In this document: positions 13,692 to 25,927 of the stretch, one piece after another | Numbering within the stretch: position 1 is the first letter of the stretch | How the letters are laid out: each line of letters opens with the position of its first letter | DNA from: Stylophora pistillata | Lineage: Eukaryota | Direction of reading: 5' to 3' | DNA length: 64,000 nucleotides | Assembly: GCF_002571385.2 (NCBI RefSeq) | Contig: NW_019218085.1 | Coordinates: 1 to 64,000, forward strand | The notes under the pieces: generated by a model | The model's input: only the letters and a program-made list of their open reading frames with translations | Databases searched by the model: none | What the model was told of the DNA's origin: nothing | Position numbers and translations under genes: made by a program

Positions 13692-16600
13692 CTACACTGG
13701 AATTGGCTCATACAAATAGGGCTCAAGAATTTCTACAACATCAAAGCGCTTAACATTTCTAGCTTGAAGAATATGCACTAATTCTGCTACAGTGAACAGC
13801 GGTTGCCTAGCTATCAGCGCCCCCAACATCACCATGCTAGGACTTCCTTCAGGAGTTAGTATCTCATCTCTAAAACGCTGAATCTCTTCCTCGCTGAATC
13901 CAAGGGATGCTCCAACATGTCGCCAATTGCCTTTTCCTTTGAGTGGCCTATCCAGTGTCATGCAAACAGTATGAAACACTTCTTTTGGGAGTTTTTCAAG
14001 ATAAAGGGACGCCTTTTCTTCATTAATAATGACTGGATCTACAAAAAATATATATATGGGTTATTAAGTGCAGCACAGGTAATGCTGTTCACTGAATGAA
14101 AATGGTTGATGGTCAAGTCGCCAAGGGTTACTTGTTACTGGTGAAAGTTTCAATGTCACTCCTTTACATTTGCCTGCAGTTTGAAAGATTGACTAGGGAA
14201 AAATGTCACTATTACATGAGCATCATTTGATTAATACTATTTTTTGGGCAATTAGGTTAATTAGCACCTCTTTCACAGTGGTTCACTCTGTTTCAGTTAC
14301 TCTAACTGTATTCTCCTTCGCAGTCGTTGTGTAGTCTCGTCACACAACGCGCTCTCTCCTTAGTATAATGAGAGGAGGAGAGACAGCGTTGCGTGACGAT
14401 TCCAAACAACGGCTGCGAATGAGACTATTCGAAAAGTCAATGAAGGCACAGCATATGGCCTTACCACACGAGTTCCTGCCTGTCACTAGACGATGGCGGT
14501 CATTACTGAAGCTTGGTTGCCGCTCCTCAGGCCTCCTAAATGGGTCCTAAAGAAATAAGTGCATTAACTTTTAAATAATGGAACGGTAGGCAGTAAAGTT
14601 ATACTATTTCTACACGAACACTCAAAAAGTAAATTCCGATTTACTAAATTAGTACATTACATAATCATGCTATATGGCTCGTGTGAAAGAGAATGAAGGA
14701 ATATTTACACCTGATTGGATGTCAGTGAGACTTAATGGTTGTTTTTTTTTTAGTGGCTTTAAAAGTTACATTTTCAAATAATACACTGTATGCAAATAGT
14801 CTTAGATATAAGGAGCTAAACAAGTTCAAATGATTAGAAAAGCACTAGTTTCCGAGTAAAAATAACAGACGTTAACCGAACTTATTGCCAAAAATTTTTC
14901 AATCTTAAAGAATGAACTACTTCAAATTATTAATTTAAGATAAAAGGACACCTACCTCTTTAATCGAGGCAACTGCACAAATTGTGGTTGTTGAATCTCC
15001 AGTAGTTAGTTCAAATATACAAAGGAAATCTCTGTTGCGACCATTGTCATGTTTAAAAACTATTTCTGCTCTGGGTATCATTTGATAGGATTCCTTCAAA
15101 TGTTTTTGTGTGATACACTGTGAGATTAAAAGAATATAAGTCAGGTGAAATTTCATTCTTTTCTATCTAGAAATGGGAACATCAACGTAAATGATCAATA
15201 GTATAAATACAATTTTTATATAAATCATTCCCTGCAATCAACCTGACCTTCTTCCCTTTTCAAATTTCTTTAATTACACTTTTCATTCTTTAAAGTTTCC
15301 AAATTTCTCTGAAAGGAAATGTCTAGTACCTTTTTGTGTACTTTTACTTGTCTTACTTTTTTGTGTATCCATTGCAGGAAAAAACATACGGTCCTATAGT
15401 TATTGAATACACGATGATGGTTTTCTTCCTTTAACAGTATAATTTCTTATTTGCATTAGAAAACATTTACCAAATCCGACAAAACTACAAGTTTTTTTTA
15501 AAAAATGTTAGGATTGGGACAGGGTTCAAAGGGTTGTATAAAAAATGTTATGCATGGATTAAAAAAAGTTAAATAACTGTAGAGTTATAGAGAAAGTATT
15601 AAACTGCAGTTGTGGAACTACCTCTGGTTTAATCTCTCCAACAGTCCACCCCTCGACTGGCTGTTTTACAGAAATCTTGATAGCAGTTTCAATTGCCACA
15701 GTTTCGACATAGATAGACTGAGGGGAACCCAACAAAATTCTTCCACTTGACCTCTCTTCTTGCATGATTTTCTGGAAAAAGGAAATATGTGTTTATAAGA
15801 CAATTTGCAAATTCACCTTATCACGTTGTGTTGATTACAAAACCATACAGTGAGAAAGTGAGAGTGGTCTCCAGTATGAGAGTTGTGTGCTTTATCTTTT
15901 TTTCACCCAGTGATAGTTAATTGTTACAGAATTACTTAACATATGGCAAGTGTGGATAAATTATATTTTGGTTTCAGATTAGGTCCACGCTTGCTTACGT
16001 TCCTCACCCTAGAAGAGTGAAGTACCAGAATACCAGTAATTTGGCAGTGTATATTTACCCATCAGTACCTGTCTCAGATGTGACTTTAATCCTGGGCCCT
16101 TAAACAAGCCTTGCAGTTTGTTTGGAGAATATATTACAAGAAGGTGTCAAAAATAACATTTTTCAGTGTTCATGTACCTGTGCCTTCTAATGTAAATCTC
16201 ATGTTAATTGTATATCAATCAAAATGAAGTCTATTCAAATGAACTAAACAAATGTTTAATTGTATAAGTACCTCTAATGATGCCTCACAGTCATCAAAGA
16301 CATACAAATATGCTGTGTAGTCCATGCCAACTGTACCCTCTCCACCAAAAACAGCACACTGAAGGCGCTTCTTTGTTGGTTTGCCATTGTCCATTGATGT
16401 ACCATTGACTACGTAGGAACTAAGATTATCCACTTGAAAGCTGACTTCATTATTGTGGACTTCAAACTGATTTTCCTTCTTCCACCATATTGTTTCATTA
16501 TGTGGTAGAGAGCTTTTTAATGTGATTTCCCAGTCATTACTTAAAAAAACCAAAGCACTATGTGGTATTCTAACTTGCACTGGTTTGGATAGTTGCTTCC

Positions 16601-18776
16601 CATATGGATGAAACTTTATCACAGGGCTAAGCTGCACTTCACCAGATTGAGGAGAAAGCATGCAGTAAACATCCCAACATATCTCCAATCTTATTTCTTG
16701 AGCATCATTGAAGAAACTCTCTGTATCGCTGAACTGGACTAAAACACCTGATTTATCAAAAGATAAGGTCTCCTGTGCTCCATGAGCTATCGGCTCCTCC
16801 AATGATATCGAGAGACTATGGCCATGGGGCACTGGAAAAAAAAAATTACATGACAAGCTTAAGGTGTAGTATTAGCGAGTCCAATCTGCTCACTTGCTAA
16901 GGTGCTAACTGACTGGATCACAAAAAGTAAACAATAAGCTGAATTATTGCTGTCTTTATTTCTGTTTTAAAACCTCTCTATAAGGTTCTCAATCACTTTA
17001 AGTAAAAAAAATTGCTTGAATTGATGTTTCTTACTTAACCTGTAATTAACAACTTCCCATAAAGAATTTAAACTATATACATTCAAGCAAGCATAATATA
17101 GTTTTTAACACTTTCCTCATTAATCCTTGAAAAGTTGAAGTAAAAAACCTTTTCTTGAAATTAACTTCCATCTAATTTCTTTATATTTGTTTCAATAAAT
17201 CTTGAATAATTGTGATTATTTACACATGAATTCATAATAACATTTTAAAAAATTAATTTGAATATCATTTCATCAGTATTCAATTCAACCTTTTGTATAT
17301 ACATCAGTTAAATGTATGAAACGATGAAACCTTACCTTCCTCTAAAGATGGCTGCAACTTGGCATAAAAAAATCTACTTAGAGAACCTCTATTCTTTCTG
17401 TATTTCAAGTATCCCAACAACAACGATGCCATGATTGCAAAAATTATCCCTACTATCATCACTGTCAATAAAGTGGTAGTGATTGTGGTTTTCTGTTCAA
17501 TGACAGTCCCAATTTTGCTTCCTTCCTGACATACTGTGATGGATCTCTGAGTGTAACTACACTGTGTACTCTTTGGCATACTGTGTCTCACACATTCAGG
17601 AATTTGAACATCTTTTTCATCACCACAGCAGGCAGAGCATGGCTTGCATTCTGTTCCATTCATACTATAAAATCCTTTATTACAATTTCCACAAACCCTA
17701 TCGTGTGTCAGATTGCAGGGTGTCATTTCTATCTGTCCAACTGAACAAGTAGCTGAGCATGTCTTGCAAGGGTGTGTACCTGGCTTTTCGGAATATGTTT
17801 TACCAAGAGAGCATTTCATACATTTGACATCATCAATACTCTCTAGTATATGTCCACTTCCACATGGAATAGAAGGCGATGTTCCTGCTGGACAGCTCTT
17901 ACAATCCACACAGTGTGCACTCCCTTTTTTGTTTGTTACAACAAGGTATTGGTTATCTCTACATTTTGGTGCTTGACAATGGATAGCATTGGCATCACAT
18001 CTTTGATAGAATGGCATGTTTTTACATTCATCTTTCACACTATTGCTTGTTTCAGTGTGGTTGGGGAGAAATGAGCAACAAAAGGAACATGGCTGACAAT
18101 CTCCAGTTAATCCTTCACTATAGAAGCCTTTATCACATTGTCCACACACCGAATTTGAAGTAAAATTGCATTTCTTTATTTCTCTTTCATGATCTGCACA
18201 TATTCCACATGGACTGCAAGATCTAATATCATGAGCCATAGAATATGTTTTTCCAAGCTCACACTTTTTGCACTCAATGCGGGTTCCATATTTAACCAAA
18301 TTATTGCACTGCGGAGTCAAGCCATATCCAGGAGGACACTTAGGGCAACTGATGCAAGAATAGTTACCCATCACATCTTCAACTTTAAACTGGTTCCACC
18401 TACACCGTAGGGAATAACTTGCAGCACATACATATATAATCTAGAGGATAAAAAAAACAATATACGAAATAACCATGCAAACTTAGTATAATCATGTTTG
18501 GAAAATTTAGAATGATGCAACTCTATCTCAAAATGGATGAAATGTGTAATGTTAATGTTCTCTTTATCGAACCTAACCTTGAGATATTTGGCATGAACTC
18601 TTAAGAGACAGTTTTTACAGTCATGACAACTGATGTTTGTGGACCTATTTTTTACAAAGTATTTTGAAATCAATTGATCAACTATTTCTGTAAGAAAGTT
18701 GGCAATAAAGCTAATGAAGGGGCAATATACTCACAAAGAACGACAGCAAGAAGAAAAATGACAATGTCTTGGCCAT
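13692..18776 (-). CDS. Gene B: chimeric receptor - signal peptide, duplicated TNFR cysteine-rich module, TM, ZU5, UPA, death domain
   Basis: Seven phase-compatible GT-AG exons: 18776-18735, 18440-17336, 16831-16272, 15771-15622, 15117-14956, 14546-14465, 14038-13692. ZU5 motif LSPVIKFHPYGKQLSKPVQVRIPHS; UPA motif KKRLQCAVFG...YLYVFDDCEASLE; death domain GNWRHVGASLGFSEEEI...SPSMVML. No stops seen. Confidence 0.88.
14309..14428. mobile_element. Small palindromic MITE in a gene B intron
   Basis: ttcgcagtcgttg...gtcacacaacgc...ctctcc pairs with ggagag...gcgttgcgtgac...caacggctgcgaa. Confidence 0.6.
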
Positions 18777-19507
18777 GCTCAAACCACTTAGTAATCCCTG
18801 CAAAAGAAAGGACGACCTTTGTAAAAACGCAACTTCGTTCAGTTCAATAATGCGCACCGAGCACTAGCAGTGGGATGAAACATTTCGTTGACATAATTCC
18901 TCTACAGTTGCTTACTCAGCACATGCTTTCCAAAAATATGATTACGCAGCATAATTTTATGCTTACTTCGTAGCAAGCCTTTTTAGCACAAAATGCCTGA
19001 CTAATACCCATAACAAAAATAGCGCCTCTGAATTCCGAATTTTAATTTTTTTCGAAGAACAGTAGCAATTATAACATCTTAACTATAAAGATCATACGTT
19101 TAAAACGTCTTTGAGGTAGGGCTACGTCTATCACGACGGTTACGTTAAGCGTCTACCGGAAACAAGACTAAATTACAATTTTGTTGGATCAAGCTACATT
19201 TTACATGCTTTTGACGATCTCCTTGTTATCAAAGATACAAAAACTTTTTAATACTTACAAATTGAAATTGTAAATGGGAACTATGAACGTGGTTCCCCGA
19301 CAGCAGTTGGTGTACGAGCGGGTTCGACCGAACTTACGTCCCTAAACATCTGTATAATTGTGGTGTAAGTATTCGGGGATTCCCCGACGAGATTGCGTCA
19401 CGTCCGGAGAGGGAATGAGAAATACGCTTAGCTTGCCAATTTTTATTTTGTTCGAAGTCATTGTAGGCGGCATTCAAATATGGCAGTTCCATGAGGATTG
19501 TTCTGTA
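18777..19507. promoter_or_regulatory. Divergent promoter of genes B/C
   Basis: Start codons ~730 bp apart; GGGGATTCCCC (kappaB) at 19375-19385, followed by TGCGTCA (CRE/AP-1-like). Confidence 0.6.
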
Positions 19508-21858
19508 ATGAGTGGAAACGAACGGTTTGATTATGGGAAGGCCGTCCAGGCAAATTGTGCCAACTGTGGGGTTGTACAGATTCCTTCCAGGGTGTCGCTT
19601 AACACTTCATGCCCACGATGTAAAGGGGTTCTTGTTTTGAACACTGTCGACTTGCACTCACAAAGGAGAAGCACAGACAATCGAGAGCAAAACTTACTTC
19701 TCCAGGATGATAACGAAGATTTGGAGAACACAACACTGGCTCCTTCGACTGAGGATTCTGCCGAGTTGGACACGGTGTCTCTACAACATCTGAGCTTAGC
19801 GACTGATGAAAACCTTTCTGGTTTACCGCTACAGGAGAGCTTTGAAGCAAGTTCAAGTCGACGAAAAGCAAGCACGTACCCAAGTAAACTTTCGAAGACT
19901 CCGACTGAGGGAAATGACGAAAACGGAATAAATGGCGTGTGCCAGACTTGTGGTAGGTAGTTTATGTAACAGTTACGATTAGTGGAGAAATCGAATTGAC
20001 AATTACATAGTCGGAACTTCCTCCAAGCCGATGAAAATTTAAACTGACTTCCAGTTAATAAGCATAAGAGAGGACCAACAAGAATCACAATCATCTTTAC
20101 ACATCTTTGCTTTTTCTGTTATTTTAGGGGAGTTGAACTCGACCCACGAATGTCTGTCTTGCTTCATAGCAGTATTCAAGCGAGGAGTTATCTCTGGAAA
20201 GAATCGAAGTCTTGTCGTGTACATTATTCCGAAGGAAAAATTCGATTTGGTAAGATAAGGATTTTTCTCTCCTCTAGCCGCTAGACATTTCCTTTTGAAT
20301 TAGTTCCGAGAATTTGGTGTTGAATCAAGATAGCACTTTCTACATCATAACTGTTCGCGCGTTTTTATTGCCTGTATGGATATTATAGTGAGAGGGTAAA
20401 CAAGTAGTCGTGCTCATAAACTATCAGTCAAATCCTTCAAAAAATCTGTGAGTTTGATCGCACGAAAGTTGTTCCTTAAGAAAACCGTGTGGGGGCACAA
20501 TACTTACTGCGTCCTCAACTACACAACATTTCCAAACTTTTGAACAATTATGTACATCTAATTGAATAGAAGTTTACAATATTGGTCGAGAAACTCCTAC
20601 CAAAGGTATTAGATTAGATTCAAGATAACGTAGACATTGACCAATCTGTTCATGGTCAATTTCGGTCTCACAGGTGTTTGCCAAAATCGTCCAAAATGAA
20701 GCAGCTGCATACGAAGGAACCGAGATAGCTGTGATCGATGACAAAAGAACCTTCTTCTGCTATCATCCTCAAATGGCAATCCAAAATGAGTTAACAATCA
20801 TTTTTAAAATGGATTGTGGCGAATGTTTCGCTTTGATCAGTCCTGCGGTAAGTAACACTTTAAATCCTGAACAATTCTCAGTCTGAGCTTTATTACTACA
20901 TTTTAATTTACTCTTTAGCATAAATTGTTGTGGATAGCCTAGGATTAGCCGGGCATTAAGAGCCTGGGGCTTGCCAAGTTTAATACCACTTAATAGAATT
21001 ACCCTGCTCATTATAATAATAATTTACATTTCTAGAGCGCTAAAATTATAAAATATTCTAAAGCGCTTTACAACATATTAACTACAAATATTAAAATGAT
21101 AAACGACAAGTATTTCATTGTTGGGTTTGATTCATTGTTGGGTTTGATTCTAGAATAGTACTTATTCTACGCTGTATACAGATCTTCTTAAAATGGCAGG
21201 TCGACCAGGCACCCTATTTGCATCCTGTTATGTTAGGACATTCTTAAAATGAAAATAAATTTGTTATCAACTAGCCAAAAAGTTGCGTAATCCGAGAGTA
21301 CAAAAACTGAGAATTGATAATATTTCAATAGTCAACCACCCTTGGTGTCCAACATGTACTTGCAAAAAGTGAAGAGAGAATATTTCCTGGCGCTCATGTC
21401 AAGCTGGTCACTGCATATGTTGGAGAGGAAAATACTCTTCGTGAAGACAAAGTGAGAATGGCACTGCTGAGTGGACAAGCGAGACTGGGCATTCTCATTC
21501 CTACTAAGGTATGGCTTTAGTAAAATTGATATCTTTAACCAACTTCTGTGTTCGTATTGTTCGAGTCACCAATAACAAAACTGAAGATTTTCTTCCTCTT
21601 CAGCACTGATAACATTCATATCAGATCTTTTCATTCACAACCCAACTTCTAAAATTGCAATTGACTCGAACATCATTTCAATTTGGCTTTACCAATTGTG
21701 TACATTTCTCTATTTAATTGTTATTAGAAATTGGTTATGATTTAATTAACCAATCGAATTTTTTTTCATGATCTTCTAATTTGTTTTTGCAGAGCTCCCC
21801 ATCGATAACAGTCTTACCTCTAAAGGGGTTGCTTCTTCAGATAGTAAACTGTTTGTAG
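19508..21858 (+). CDS. Gene C: cytosolic protein - CxxC..CxxC ribbon, acidic region with TRAF motifs, stand-alone UPA-like domain
   Basis: Exons 19508-19952, 20128-20249, 20674-20847, 21332-21508 and 21793-21858 splice in phase. Motifs CANC-x13-CPRC, PLQES, PTEGND. Exon pattern and sequence parallel genes E and G. Last exon tentative. Confidence 0.7.
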
Positions 21859-23591
21859 TTGTATCTGACAAATGAAACAAACAACTGCGACCAACTCAAA
21901 CATAAAGGATCGAATGATTTTTAGTCGACAAAACGTATTTATAGAGTGTTTTAAAGAAAGCTCCCCCTCCTCCTCCGCAGTAACAAGCTGAACTGCTTAC
22001 TACTGGCAGAGTACTGCTGGATTATGACAATCCAGAATAGGTACTTCCTTATCAACGGCCAGCTAACATCTTGTCTCCCAGTATTCTGTGTTACACACAG
22101 AAAGTGCTAATCAATATAATTATGAATTTCTGTATTCTTAGGTTCATCATACACCAACCGATGTCCTTGATGGTCTAAACTACTCAGGTACAAAACTTAA
22201 AATTTCTTTTTAAATGTTCAGTTCAAACGAATTTTCGTGTAAATTAGTGAACGTACTTTTCTTGATCTCGATATCAGTCTGGAAATCAAAACATCGAAAG
22301 AAAGCTCTCTTGAAACGTGAAATATATCATGCTTCANCACGGTGTCTCAAAACCGCAAATATTGTAAGGGATACTTCATATAACGACAAACAAAGCGAGC
22401 TTAAGTTTTGTATGGCAAAATTAGAAGATTATTTGCCTGCTGGTAAAGGGCTAAGCTGCCTCGGGATGACCTTGGAACGAGCTTAATACCAGACGACATC
22501 GCTGCTAAGCCTTTGGCTTATGAAAATCCTGCGGCGCTGAAATCAACTGGAAACAGCAATTGTTTGTGTAGTTAAGTGCCGTATTTTAGCCAGTACAAAA
22601 AGAACAAAAGTGTCTCTATTATCTTAATATTTTTTATCGTGGCCATCGACTTAGGTGGGGACCGGTTCGAGCAATAAGAGTGTGAGGGCCTGGCACTAGC
22701 ACATTGATCTTCGTTGCGTTTTCGTTCCGTTTCGGCGAAGCACTCTTAGTTGAATCTAGGTACAGAAAGATGGCCCCCATATGTCTTATACACAGAGCTT
22801 AACAGGGTACCAGCATAGTTCCAACTAAATGGAAATAATAAGAGAAAGATACCCGAAGCCTTCACAAGAACGTTCTTCGAACGGACAAACACGCTTATTG
22901 AGATGTAGGACTCTGTTACCGTTACACGGCTTTTGTTAAGTATGTATATTGCGTTAAATGAAAACATTTTGTTGAAAGGTTAAATTTTGTGCTTAACTAT
23001 AAATTAAGGTAAGTTATACCATGGGTTCCATGAGGAATTACGTTTTCTTTAGTTTGCGGCAAATTCAGCGGCGAAGCCGCGATCGTAGCGTGGCAAGCAA
23101 GAAACCAAAAAAAGAAAAACCAAACACTTGTTTTTGGCGACCAAACCCTTCTATCTGGCGACCAAAATTTTTAGGTTAGTCGCCAGTTGGCTCCCTTAGG
23201 AAAAAGTTAATTTCTGACCCTGATTGCCTGAAAGTTACTTGCTTAAAGCTGTGTAATCTCTGATATCCTTCATTCAGTACCGAAAGAAAAACTACATCCG
23301 TTATGCTTTCAAAGGCATACCACTACTAATGAATGAATCATTTGAATTAAAGTTACTTGACGGGAGATGAGGGAATTTCAGATCTAAAGATCCGCTAACA
23401 TACCTTATAATCTTTTCACTTTTCCTATTCCCTCTTTAAAAAAATTGCGAAAAATATGTCATCTACACTATATCTTGGTTCTTAGTCTTGTTCTGACGAT
23501 CAAATCAAAACAAAAGGGCGTGTACCCAATGTAATGCCTCCAGTTTGTGAAGGCAGAAGTTCACGTTTCGGAACCTTCATCTGGTCGATTA

Positions 23592-25481
23592 TCAAGCTTG
23601 CAGCAGAATGATGCAGTCTCCGATGTTTTGTTCTTTTCCCTTTCCACTTTTCGCATCAGTGAGATTTGCCACATTTGTGACTTGTTCTCCCTCTGAAGGA
23701 AAAAACTAATAGTTACGACATGGTCAACTCAGCAAAGACTTTTGCAAATCAATCCCAGCAAATTGACCTTCATCCATTAGAAGGCTAACAAAGCCCTCAA
23801 CAAGTACAAAAAAACTCACCATTTACAGCATTTGAAAAAAAGCTCTGGTTTGTTTTCTGGATTGGATTCTACAATGAAACAAATAAAGAATAAAACTCTT
23901 TCTCTCGTCACATCTCTCGATCCAAAAGATCAGAAAAACGTACTGATGACGATAACTACACTGCTGGTAAACTCTCATTGGTGTTGTCGATTAAATTTGA
24001 CAGTTTTCATCGACCCATTTATACCTTTAACTCCAAATGATTAGTTTCTGGTTCTAAACAAAAAATGTGACCCGAACCAGGAAAAAAAAAATTTAAAAAC
24101 AAATGACTCGATCCAAATCAAAATAGACTAAAACGGAGGCCACTATGTCTCCTACAAATTAACACATTTAAATCAAAATCATTTTTTGCTGTAAACGTAC
24201 CTCTGAATGTACCTCCTTTAAAGCAGTGCTTGCATAAATTAAAGTTTGACAGGATGCTTGAGTCAAAACAATAGTGGCGAAGAAGCTGCTTTTCTTTTCG
24301 TTGGATGTTGAGCTAAATACCAGGTTGCACCTGGGAAATGAACTGAAAGAGTTCTTCAGAGATGCATAGCTGATTCCCTAGATAAAGGAGAACAAGATGC
24401 AAACGTTTTCAAAATCATCAAGGGTTACTAACACTTTCAGGGGCCTACAAACAAAGTTCATCATCAGGCTCAACATACTTAAAATCTTAATAAAAGCTTT
24501 AAGTTTCATTTTTCCTAGAAAACTCGCACAGTGCTCAAAAAATGCCTGCAAAATACCATTGGTTGACCACTCTCCAGCTTCCAGCCATGCATATCCTTTA
24601 CACCAATTTTCACATCCTCTTCACGTATAACAGAAAAATCAAGAGATTCAACTGATGACATCGGCTTTCCTCCTTCCTTTTTCTCCATCCTCAAAAGGTT
24701 CTGTGGAGCAAAGTCAGACAAGTTCGTTCAAACAGATTACTTACAGAAATAGATCTATTAAAGTTAAGTAAAATAACCGACCATCTATGGAAGTTATGAT
24801 CTTTCATGAATTAGACCTGCAAAAATTATAAATCAAAATTACATATACTTATAATTACCTCATAGATCCTAATTAAGACTTCAGNGAGAGGTGTCTCTCC
24901 TCGGCAAGATAGGGTAACCCTGGAAGGCGAGACAAGTTTTCTCATGTAAACATCTCGTCTTGCCCACCCAAGGCGCGACAACACGAACAGAAAAACCAGC
25001 CCGTGCATTTTACAGCTTTTCTTTTCCTTGTCATCCGCCACTTTGTCGAATACGTGACCTGGCCTGGCCGAACGAGGGTTACCAGATGTCAAATTTCATG
25101 TAAACGCTCCGTAAACTTGTCTCGCGGGGAAGGCTGTCTCAGGTACCCGAGACTATTTCAATGGGGCCTAAATCAAACATGGCCGTCTGATCGTCGCCCC
25201 GATAAACGATCGCGAGCTGGTAACATCTTGAAAACTTCAGCCTCAGTCTAATGCGAATTGGTACTGATCAAAGTTGGCGTTCTATTGCCATTCCTTTCCT
25301 TTTATGCTCCCTACACCTAATATAAGTACAATAAAAATAACCAGCAGATTTTAGCGGACGTTTGGCTCAAGAGGTTTTCACTTCCGCTTGACATTTCACC
25401 GTTTTTGAGATATGAAATGATACAAGACAACCTTACCAAGACACAGAAGAAAACATAGTGTCTAAGTTGACAAAACTCCAT
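23592..25481 (-). CDS. Gene D: paralog of receptor F; ectodomain and ZU5 exons absent across an assembly break
   Basis: Signal exon 25481-25437 (MEFCQLRHYVFFCVL). UPA exons at ~24700-24557 and ~24378-24214, linker exon ~23888-23820 and last exon ~23693-23592 are all open and collinear with F. Intron homology to F stops at the n at 24884. Confidence 0.7.
24885..25168. mobile_element. Non-autonomous DNA transposon fragment, truncated at a contig break
   Basis: GC-richer insert with internal inverted motifs (gcgagacaagttt / aaacttgtctcgc), ending in atggggcc; absent from paralog F. Confidence 0.5.
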
Positions 25482-25927
25482 TTCTTTAACCTCGACTGAC
25501 CGCCAAAGGTAACGGCTACCTTGAGTTTACAACTGCAGAAAATTGGTCGATTGGAAGAGACGGTGTTGACCCTCTCCGGTGACAAATATATCGACAAGAA
25601 TTGGCAAATGTGAATATTCCTTCGAGACGCCACTCGATGGATATGTTTTGATATGAACGATTGCTAGATCTTCCCAACAGAAAGGAAGAAGTTGACAACT
25701 AACTCTGTACTGTTCTTCAAGGAAATAATCACTCTTGATTCAGAATATTTGACATGCTGGCCTTTCACTTTCGAAGGGGTTTCCCCGAAGTTTGTCTCAG
25801 TCAACCAATCAGCGTTAACAGGAAACATCACCAAGCCAACGAGAAGCCAATAAGAGGCGCCCTCTTTTAGTTCCCTTTTTTCTAGGAAAGGGATAAATTG
25901 ATGTAAAAGAAAGCAAAACGGCTGAAA
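25482..25927. promoter_or_regulatory. Divergent promoter of genes D/E with adjacent IRF-type and kappaB sites
   Basis: CTTTCACTTTC (GAAAGTGAAAG on -) at 25762-25772; GGGGTTTCCCC at 25776-25786; CCAAT boxes at ~25805 and ~25847. Start codons 446 bp apart. Confidence 0.6.

Noticed and set aside
19531-20094. 187-aa minus-strand ORF
   Set aside because: It is antisense to gene C exon 1 and has no recognisable motifs.
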